Below, piece by piece: positions 6,052-13,151 of a DNA stretch of 15,612 nucleotides; positions within the stretch are counted from its first letter, which is position 1, and every line of letters begins with the position of its first letter. The notes beneath the pieces are model-generated. The model saw only the letters and a program-made list of their open reading frames with translations. It made no database searches and had not been told where the DNA came from. This DNA is from an uncultured bacterium (GTDB lineage: Bacteria; Hydrogenedentota; Hydrogenedentia; Hydrogenedentales; JAEUWI01), in contig CAXBPH010000161.1 of assembly GCA_963977445.1 (NCBI GenBank), positions 1 to 15,612 on the forward strand, given 5' to 3'. Both the position numbers and the translations under genes were made by a program.

Positions 6052-8865
6052 TTGAAAACCGCAGTAATTGTAACCTGTCTATGTATCACCTCCGCCCTGG
6101 CGGCGGTGGGGGAGGAGTCCCTTTCCTTCAGTCGCGATATTCACCCCATTCTTTCCGACAAGTGTTTTGGCTGTCATGGCCCGAGCGCAAAGGATCAAAA
6201 GGGCAAGTTGCGACTCGATGTGCCCGATGGACCGTTGGGTGCCCTGACCCCGCGGGCGGATGGCTTCATCGTGAAGGCGGGGAGTCCCGAGGAAAGTGAA
6301 TTGTGGCGGCGGGTGACGACGGATGACCCCGATGACTTGATGCCCCCCGAAGAGTCCCATAAGAAGCCCTTGTCGGAGGAGGAGCGCGCCAAGATCAAGC
6401 AGTGGATTCTTGAGGGCGGCGAATTTGAACCCTTCTGGTCCTTTATCCCGCCCCAGCATCGGCCACCGGCGGTCCTCCAGAATGGGGCCTGGGGTCAGGG
6501 CTATATCGACAACCGCGTGATGGGCCGATTGGAATCGGCGGGACTCCAACCCAAGGCCGAGGCCGACAAGCGGACGCTCCTGCGGCGGGTCACCTTTGAC
6601 CTCACGGGCCTGCCCCCGACGCTGGCAGAAATCGACGCCTTCCTGAAAGACGATGGTCCGGACGCCTATGAACGGGTGGTGGACGACTTGCTTTCCCGAG
6701 GTGCCTATGGCGAACACATGGCCCGCTATTGGGCCGACCTCGTGCGGCTGGCCGACACGAATGGGATGCACAAGGATTTCCACCGCGATTTCACCACCTA
6801 TCGCGATTGGCTCATACGGTCCTTCAATGAAAATCTACCCTACGACGATTTCGTCAAATACCAGTTGGCCGGGGACCTCTATGCGGAGCCATCGCAGGAC
6901 CAGCTCGTGGCCTCGGGTTTTAATCGTCTCCACCTGATTATCGACGTGGGCACGGCCCTGCCCGAAGAGAGTCTGCATAAGAACATCCTCGATCGGGTGG
7001 CGGCCTACGGGACGACCTTTCTTGGTCTTACCGTGCAGTGCGCCCAGTGCCACGATCATAAATATGACCCCATCAGCCAGAAAGAGTTTTTCCAGACCTA
7101 CGCTTTCTTTAATAACTTCGATGGGGAAGCGGAAACGACCCGACGTCCGGATCGGGGTTTACAGCCCCCCTTCGTCTATCTCACCAATCCCGCACAGGAG
7201 GAAGAACTCGCCGTCTTGAATGGGGATACCGCCCGTCTGGAGGGCATCCGCGCTGCAATCGTCGGCAAGGCGACTCCGACGCCCGAAACCCTGACCAAGG
7301 TATCCGTGCCGTGGATTTGGAATGACCCCGCCCTGAAATCCGAGACGGTAGCGTTTCGGGCGAATCTGCACCTGGACGCCGTGCCCGAAAAAGCCCGGGT
7401 CCGCTTCGTGGCCATGTCCAGCGCGACCGTCTATCTCAACGGCACCCCCCTGGGTGAGGCGAAAGGCCTGGAGCACGGTATTGTGGCGGAGGTGCAATCC
7501 CTTTTGCTTTCCGGCGAAAACCTCATCACGGCAGAGGCCAAAGGAGAGCCCGGCTTTGCCTTCCTGCTGGAATACGAGACGGGGGGCGAGGCCCGCAGCT
7601 TCAGTACCGGGGCCGAGTGGCAGATTCGGGCAGGAGGAGCGTCGGGCTGGCAAGGCGCGACAGCCGTTCATACACCCGAACATGAAAACGGATGGACGGA
7701 GAAGGTTCAGCCTGAAAATATCGCACGGCTCACGGAAGAAATCGACGACCTGGAAACGGTTCGAAAGACCTTTCTCGATAGTATCCCCGCGGCCATGGTC
7801 ATGCGGGAGAAAAATCCGCTCCGACCCACGACGATTCTGGTTCGTGGCGAATACGATGCGCCCGGCGAAGCCGTCGAGCGCAATACGCCTGCCGTGCTGC
7901 CCGCCCTGGCCCCGAAAGACGGGCCCTACAACCGGATGGATTTAGCGGAGTGGCTGGTGGCCCCCGATCATCCCCTGACGGCCCGCGTGGCCGTCAATCG
8001 GCTCTGGCAGCAGTTGTTTGGCGTGGGCCTGGTGAAAACCTCCGAAGATTTCGGCGCCCAGGGCGAAGCGCCGAGCCACCCCGACCTTCTCGATGACCTC
8101 GCCCTGCGATTTGTGGAATCGGGCTGGCATATCAAGACACTCATGCGCGATATTGTCCTGTCCAATACCTACAAGCAGCGCTCCGACGCCGCCCCGGAAG
8201 AATTTCGCCGTGACCCGGAGAATCGTCTTCTGGCGCGCGGTTCCCGTTATCGGATGGACGCCGAAATGATCCGCGATCAGATCCTGGCGGTGAGCGGTCA
8301 GCTCAATGCGACCATGTATGGCCACAGCGTGAAGCCGCCCCAACCGCCCGGGCTCTGGGAGATGGTCAGCATGGATCAGCCCTTCACCTACGTGGCGGAC
8401 ACCGACGACAACATTTACCGCCGCAGCCTGTACACCTATTGGCGACGGGGTATGCCACCGCCTCAGATGACTATCATGAATGCACCCTCCCGGGAGTTTT
8501 GTGTGGCCCGACGTGAGCGCACCAATACGCCGCTCCAGGCCTTGCTGCTGATGAACGAGCAGGAGTATTTCCGGTCGGCCACTGCTTGCGTGCAATCGAC
8601 CCTTGGCGAAGGCATGGATACGGAAAGAGGCCTGTGCCTACTCTACGAGAAAATTACGTCACAGGTGCCCACGCCCGAGCGTGTCGCCCAGATGGCTGCG
8701 GCGCTGGTGGACTTTAAGCGTATCTACGCCAATGATCGGCCCTTGACCGAAGCCCTGACGCCGGCAATGGATGAGGCACCCTTTGAAACACGGGTGGAAC
8801 TCGCCGCGTGGACCATGGTGACCCACAGCCTGATGAACCTCGAACTCGCAAAGGTAAGACGATGA
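6052..8865 (+). CDS. PSD1 and planctomycete cytochrome c domain protein (PSCyt1 + DUF1549 + DUF1553)
   Basis: SFSRDIHPILSDKCFGCHGP (CxxCH at 6163-6177), LLRRVTFDLTGLPPT, YGEHMARYWADLVR, CAQCHDHKYDPISQKEF (CxxCH at 7039-7053), HPLTARVAVNRLWQQLFGVGLVKT, RERTNTPLQALLLMN. TTG start with AGGAG upstream and a signal peptide. Confidence 0.93.
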   Translation: MKTAVIVTCLCITSALAAVGEESLSFSRDIHPILSDKCFGCHGPSAKDQKGKLRLDVPDGPLGALTPRADGFIVKAGSPEESELWRRVTTDDPDDLMPPEESHKKPLSEEERAKIKQWILEGGEFEPFWSFIPPQHRPPAVLQNGAWGQGYIDNRVMGRLESAGLQPKAEADKRTLLRRVTFDLTGLPPTLAEIDAFLKDDGPDAYERVVDDLLSRGAYGEHMARYWADLVRLADTNGMHKDFHRDFTTYRDWLIRSFNENLPYDDFVKYQLAGDLYAEPSQDQLVASGFNRLHLIIDVGTALPEESLHKNILDRVAAYGTTFLGLTVQCAQCHDHKYDPISQKEFFQTYAFFNNFDGEAETTRRPDRGLQPPFVYLTNPAQEEELAVLNGDTARLEGIRAAIVGKATPTPETLTKVSVPWIWNDPALKSETVAFRANLHLDAVPEKARVRFVAMSSATVYLNGTPLGEAKGLEHGIVAEVQSLLLSGENLITAEAKGEPGFAFLLEYETGGEARSFSTGAEWQIRAGGASGWQGATAVHTPEHENGWTEKVQPENIARLTEEIDDLETVRKTFLDSIPAAMVMREKNPLRPTTILVRGEYDAPGEAVERNTPAVLPALAPKDGPYNRMDLAEWLVAPDHPLTARVAVNRLWQQLFGVGLVKTSEDFGAQGEAPSHPDLLDDLALRFVESGWHIKTLMRDIVLSNTYKQRSDAAPEEFRRDPENRLLARGSRYRMDAEMIRDQILAVSGQLNATMYGHSVKPPQPPGLWEMVSMDQPFTYVADTDDNIYRRSLYTYWRRGMPPPQMTIMNAPSREFCVARRERTNTPLQALLLMNEQEYFRSATACVQSTLGEGMDTERGLCLLYEKITSQVPTPERVAQMAAALVDFKRIYANDRPLTEALTPAMDEAPFETRVELAAWTMVTHSLMNLELAKVRR

Positions 8866-10307
8866 CAAACCAGTCTTTTCAACAATTCTGCGACACCATG
8901 AATCGCCGCCAGTTTATCAAGCGGGCGAGCATGGGCCTGGGCGCGGCCGCCCTGACCAATCTGGCTCCCACGGCCACGGCGGAACCCCTGACCGGCTATC
9001 ATTTTACGCCCAAGGCGAAACGGGTCATCTTCCTCTTCATGGCGGGGGGACCCAGCCAGTTGGACCTCTTCGACTACAAGCCCAACCTGGAGCGCCTCCA
9101 CGGCCAGCCCTTGCCTTCGGAAATCAGCAATGGACAACGGGTAACGGCCATGACGCGGGGCAAAGAACAGGTCATCTGTGCCTCCATCTTCAAATTCGCA
9201 CCCCAGGGCCAGAGCGGCCTCATGATGAGCGAATTACTACCCCATCTATCCAACCATGCCGACGACCTGTGTCTGATTAAGTCCACCCACACGGGGGCCA
9301 TCAACCACGACCCGGCAAAGACCTTTTTCTGCACCGGCTCCGAAATGCCCGGCAAGGCGAGCATGGGCTCCTGGCTCAGCTACGGCCTGGGCACGCTGAA
9401 CAAAGATCTGCCGGACTTTATCGTGTTAAGCTCGGCCTTCTGGTCGGGCAAGGTTAACGTGCAGGCCCTCTACAGCCGCCTCTGGGGCACGGGCTTTCTC
9501 CCTTCGAAACACCAGGGCGTGGCCTTTCAGTCCGTGGGCGATCCCGTGCTCTTTCTGTCCAACCCGCCCGGTGTTGATCGCACGTCCCGTCGAAAAATGC
9601 TCGACTTCGTGGCACGCATCAATGCGGAGGAAGGCCTCGCTACGGGCGACCCGGAAATACAGACTTCGATTACCCAGCAGGAAATGGCCTTCCGCATGCA
9701 GATGTCCGTGCCCGAGCTCACCGACCTCAGCGCCGAGAGCCCTGCCACCCTGGCCATGTATGGACCCGATGTGGACAAGGTCGGCTCCTTTGCCCGCAAT
9801 TGCCTCCTCGCCCGCCGCATGGCCGAACGGGATGTGCGTTGCATCCAACTGTTTCACCGGGGTTGGGACCACCACACCCGCCTGCCCGAAAATCTCCGTG
9901 GTCAGGCCCAGGATGTGGACCAGCCCATTGCCGGCCTCTTGCAAGACCTCAAGCAGCGCGGCCTCCTCGATGATACGCTGGTGGTCTTTGCCGGTGAATT
10001 CGGTAGAACGACCTATGCCCAGGGGATGAAGGAAAATGACCGGACGGACTATGGTCGGGACCACCATCCCCGCTGCTTTACGACGTGGATGGCCGGTGGC
10101 GGCATCAAAGGCGGCACCAGCTATGGCGAAACCGACGACTTCTGCTACAACATCGTGAAAGACCCGGTCCACGTGCGTGATTTACACGCCACCATGCTCC
10201 ACCAGCTGGGGATTGATCACAACAAGCTCAACTTCCCCTTCCAGGGCCTGGACCAGAAGCTGACGGGCGTGGAACCGGCGAATGTGATTAAGTCCATCAT
10301 CGCGTAG
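8862..10307 (+). CDS. DUF1501 family protein (sulfatase/alkaline-phosphatase-like fold) with Tat signal
   Basis: Twin-arginine NRRQFIK; KAKRVIFLFMAGGPSQLDLFDYKP, GWDHH, LLQDLKQRGLLDDTLVVFAGEFGRT, GRDHHP, HVRDLHATMLHQLGIDH. ATGA overlap with the upstream stop at 8862-8865. Confidence 0.93.
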   Translation: MTNQSFQQFCDTMNRRQFIKRASMGLGAAALTNLAPTATAEPLTGYHFTPKAKRVIFLFMAGGPSQLDLFDYKPNLERLHGQPLPSEISNGQRVTAMTRGKEQVICASIFKFAPQGQSGLMMSELLPHLSNHADDLCLIKSTHTGAINHDPAKTFFCTGSEMPGKASMGSWLSYGLGTLNKDLPDFIVLSSAFWSGKVNVQALYSRLWGTGFLPSKHQGVAFQSVGDPVLFLSNPPGVDRTSRRKMLDFVARINAEEGLATGDPEIQTSITQQEMAFRMQMSVPELTDLSAESPATLAMYGPDVDKVGSFARNCLLARRMAERDVRCIQLFHRGWDHHTRLPENLRGQAQDVDQPIAGLLQDLKQRGLLDDTLVVFAGEFGRTTYAQGMKENDRTDYGRDHHPRCFTTWMAGGGIKGGTSYGETDDFCYNIVKDPVHVRDLHATMLHQLGIDHNKLNFPFQGLDQKLTGVEPANVIKSIIA

Positions 10308-10329
10308 TGATTGACCTGGCGACAATTGC

Positions 10330-10358
10330 TTGTGTTCCCCCGCGTGAAACGGTATTGT
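10330..10358 (+). promoter_or_regulatory. Possible sigma70 promoter upstream of the palindrome cluster and methyltransferase-like gene
   Basis: TTGTGT (10330-10335), 17-bp spacer, TATTGT (10353-10358). Confidence 0.3.
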
Positions 10359-10435
10359 TTTCCATAGTAATTCGGTGCCCCCGTGAGAAGTTGTTGATTC
10401 GCTTTGCATGGAGCACGTAAGTAATGAGGCCGAAG

Positions 10436-10600
10436 GCCGTCATCTCCGCGAAGGGGGCTGTCGATTTATTCGACGTCGTCTACCGCGCGGAGTGAAAGCA
10501 CGTTGCCGTCATCTCCGCGAAGGCGGAGTTCCAGTAACGCGAACACAGAAACCGATGATACCCTCTGGATTCCCGCCTCCGCGGGAATGACGTTACGTCA
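10436..10600. repeat. REP/RPE-like palindromic element cluster (GTCATTCCCGC...GCGGGAATCCAG type)
   Basis: Exact 19-bp direct repeat GCCGTCATCTCCGCGAAGG at 10436-10454 and 10505-10523; inverted pair 10507-10534 / 10565-10592 (22/28 match) with each arm self-complementary; extra palindrome TGACGT-T-ACGTCA at 10588-10600. Confidence 0.85.
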
Positions 10601-10692
10601 ATTTGTGCGAGGTCAGGCAATTCTGGGGCGTGCCGTTGATCTAAACCAGTGGTCACGGCTCGGGGTGTTACACGCGGAATAAGGAGAAATGC

Positions 10693-11388
10693 ATGACTGA
10701 AACTATCACACCCGACACGGTGTGTCACGAGCCGGAGCGGCTGGCCCGACTGCGCCTGGAGGCGCTGCTTCCCTATATACCGAAATCGGCGAAGCGCGTG
10801 CTGGATTGTACCGGCGAGTTGTCGGGGCGGGGCGCGGTGCTGAAGGACCACGGCGTCGCCGAGGCTATCGGCCTCGTGGATGCCTCTGCCGGCACGCCCG
10901 AGGGCAACGAAGGCTACGATGAGCTCATCATGGGGCCCCTGGACTTTTTGCCCCTGCCCTTTGAAGAAGAATCTATCGACTGCATCCTGCTGACCCACGT
11001 CCTGGAGCGATTGCGCAACCCCGAGGCCTTCCTGGAGCCCTTGCTGAAGTGTCTAACGCCCGGCGGTATCGTGGTGTTGACCGTGCCCAACATGCAATAT
11101 CACAAAACCGTCTTCATGTTGGCCGAAGGCCGATGGGTCTATGGCGACAGTGGAATTATGGCGCGAAAGAACCTGCGCTTTTTCACCGGCTATGAAGTGC
11201 GCTGGCTCTTGCATCGCTTGGGCTATACCAATGTGAAGTTTTCCTGCCTGGTGAAAGACGATGAGCGAGCGCTACCGCGTGATAGCGAAGGCTACGTGCG
11301 CCAGGGCGACGTGCAGGCCGGGCCCCTCGCCGATGAACACTATATCGCCTGGCTCACGGAGTATTATCTGGTCCTTGCCACCCGTTGA
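10693..11388 (+). CDS. Class I SAM-dependent methyltransferase-like protein with degenerate motifs
   Basis: KRVLDCTGE (motif I remnant), LPFEEESIDCILLTHVLERLRNP, LTPGGIVVLTVPN, GRWVYGDSGIMARKNLRFFT; AAGGAG RBS at 10681-10686. Confidence 0.82.
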   Translation: MTETITPDTVCHEPERLARLRLEALLPYIPKSAKRVLDCTGELSGRGAVLKDHGVAEAIGLVDASAGTPEGNEGYDELIMGPLDFLPLPFEEESIDCILLTHVLERLRNPEAFLEPLLKCLTPGGIVVLTVPNMQYHKTVFMLAEGRWVYGDSGIMARKNLRFFTGYEVRWLLHRLGYTNVKFSCLVKDDERALPRDSEGYVRQGDVQAGPLADEHYIAWLTEYYLVLATR

Positions 11389-11430
11389 TGTCCTGAAAGT
11401 TGCTGTACGCAGTTCGTCGGAGTGAAGTCC

Positions 11431-12297
11431 ATGTATCCGTCCATCCGTGATGACATGTTAAGGGTTTTTGATTCTCCCCAAGCCGGACTCCAATACCTGG
11501 GCCTCGACGCCATCGAATTGGAAGTATCCCGGGACTTGGAAGTCTTCGCCCTCGATGCCTTTACCCGGGTCAAGCTGGACGACGAAGCTTCCCGTGCGGC
11601 CTATAAGGCGGCCCTGGATAGTGCCGGTATCCGGGTGGCCAGCCTGTTGACCATGTGTGACTTCAGTGGTGAAACGCCCGAGAGTAACGTGGCCTGGATG
11701 ACAGAGGTCGTCGAAATCGCCGACGCCCTGGGGGCCAACAACGTGCGGGTGGACACGGCCATGACGGAAGAGCAGGATCTGCCCTTTGACGTGCGGGTGA
11801 AGGTTTTCGTGCGCGATCTGGGCGAAGTTATTCGGCGGACTGGGGGACTCGATGTGGCGCTGGGCATGGAAAACCACGGCTTTCAGGGGAATAACCTGGC
11901 CTTCCTGCTCAACATTATTCGGGATATCGATTCCGAGCGTATCGGCATGACCCTCGACACCGGGAATTTTTACTGGCGGGGCTATCCACTCTCGGAAGTC
12001 TACGGGATAATCAAAATCCTTGCGCCCTACGCCAAACACACCCACCTGAAAAATATCAATTATCCCGCTGAACTCAGAGAGACGACCCGGGAGAGTGGCT
12101 ACGAATATATGCGCTACGTGTCTACCCTCGAAGACGGTGATATTGACCATCGTGTCGTGGTGGATCTGCTGCGTGCGGCAGGGTATGAGGGCGACCTCTG
12201 TATCGAAAATGAGTCGCTGGAAAACCACGAAACCCTGGAAGGGAAACGTGGTGTCTTGGCGCGGGACGGGGCCCACGTGAAGGCCTTGCTGGCCTGA
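11431..12297 (+). CDS. Sugar phosphate isomerase/epimerase family (AP endonuclease 2 / xylose isomerase-like TIM barrel)
   Basis: Metal-ligand motifs LGMENHG, MTLDTGNF, HTHLKN and YEGDLCIENE. Start placed at ATG 11431 with GGAG at 11419-11422; GTG 11422 is an alternative. Confidence 0.88.
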   Translation: MYPSIRDDMLRVFDSPQAGLQYLGLDAIELEVSRDLEVFALDAFTRVKLDDEASRAAYKAALDSAGIRVASLLTMCDFSGETPESNVAWMTEVVEIADALGANNVRVDTAMTEEQDLPFDVRVKVFVRDLGEVIRRTGGLDVALGMENHGFQGNNLAFLLNIIRDIDSERIGMTLDTGNFYWRGYPLSEVYGIIKILAPYAKHTHLKNINYPAELRETTRESGYEYMRYVSTLEDGDIDHRVVVDLLRAAGYEGDLCIENESLENHETLEGKRGVLARDGAHVKALLA

Positions 12298-12307
12298 CCC
12301 GTCGCGC

Positions 12308-12392
12308 CCGCTTGCGCTCCCAAGCGCCCGTTCTCGAAGCTGGCAGCCGATTGTCTTGGAAGATGTCCGAGATGAATCTTCGCTTATTTAGA
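12308..12392 (+). repeat. 85-bp direct repeat, copy 2
   Basis: 79/85 identical to 40-124. Lies between the convergent ends of the epimerase gene and lolD, and lacks the left arm of the REP hairpin present at copy 1. Confidence 0.95.
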
Positions 12393-12470
12393 TTTTAAGT
12401 GCCAGACATGCTGCGCGACCCCGAGCTACGACGGTCGAACCGCGCTGCCCCCGATATTCACCCAGGAAGC

Positions 12471-13151
12471 TTACTTTTTCATTTCCGCCTGACCATCGTG
12501 GATGTGGATCCAGCGATGGGCCCGGGCTGCGAGGGCGTCATCGTGGGTCACGACGACCAAGGTCAGATTGTGTTCCGAATTCAGTTTCCAGAGAAGGTCT
12601 TCAATACTTCCCCCGGTCTGTTCATCGAGATTACCCGTGGGTTCGTCGGTCAACACGATGCCCGGTTTGTTGTACAGGGCACGGGCGATAGCGACGCGCT
12701 GTTGCTCACCGCCGCTGAGCTGGCCTGGTTTGTGGGTCATACGCTCCGCGAGGCCCACCGTCTCAAGCAGTTCTATTCCCCGCTCCTGGGCTTCTTTGCG
12801 GGCCATGCCCATGGCAATGGCGGGCATGGTAACGTTTTCTAGTGCGCTGAACTCGGGCAAGAGGTGATAGAACTGGAAAACAAAGCCCAGTTCCTCATTG
12901 CGAACCCGGTTAATCTCCCGCTTGCTCAGGGTCGTCAGATCCTTACCCCGATAAATGACTTCACCACTGCTCGGAGAATCCAGCGTTCCCATGATGTGGA
13001 GGAGCGTACTCTTACCCACACCCGACGGGCCGCTGATGGCGAGGATTTCGCCTTCGGCCACATCCAGATTGACGCCCGTGAGTATTTTCAATTCACGGCC
13101 ACCGTCGTGGTAGTTTTTACAGACGTTTTTGCAGCTTAAAACACTACTCAT
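12471..13151 (-). CDS. lolD: Lipoprotein-releasing ABC transporter ATP-binding protein
   Basis: Walker A GPSGVGKST, GFVFQFYHLLPEFSALENV (LolD-type motif), LSGGEQQRVAIARAL, DEPTGNLD, VVTHD. ATG 13151 overlaps the permease stop (ATGAGTAG). Confidence 0.92.
   Translation of the reverse strand: MSSVLSCKNVCKNYHDGGRELKILTGVNLDVAEGEILAISGPSGVGKSTLLHIMGTLDSPSSGEVIYRGKDLTTLSKREINRVRNEELGFVFQFYHLLPEFSALENVTMPAIAMGMARKEAQERGIELLETVGLAERMTHKPGQLSGGEQQRVAIARALYNKPGIVLTDEPTGNLDEQTGGSIEDLLWKLNSEHNLTLVVVTHDDALAARAHRWIHIHDGQAEMKK

Noticed and set aside
5864..6055. 63-aa ORF in the gap between the TPR and PSD1 genes
   Set aside because: No recognisable features, and the region more plausibly holds a promoter and RBS. 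It cannot be fully excluded.
10305..10314. TAG stop of DUF1501 as possible recoding (pyrrolysine/readthrough)
   Set aside because: It is immediately followed by an in-frame TGA, and the protein already ends where this family normally does.
10436..10523. 19-bp direct repeats with a 50-bp spacer as a mini-CRISPR
   Set aside because: Only two copies, a third related copy is inverted, the repeat is REP-like, and there are no cas genes.
10408..10590. 60-aa ORF with repeated RHLREGG
   Set aside because: The peptide repeat is simply the translation of the palindromic DNA repeats.
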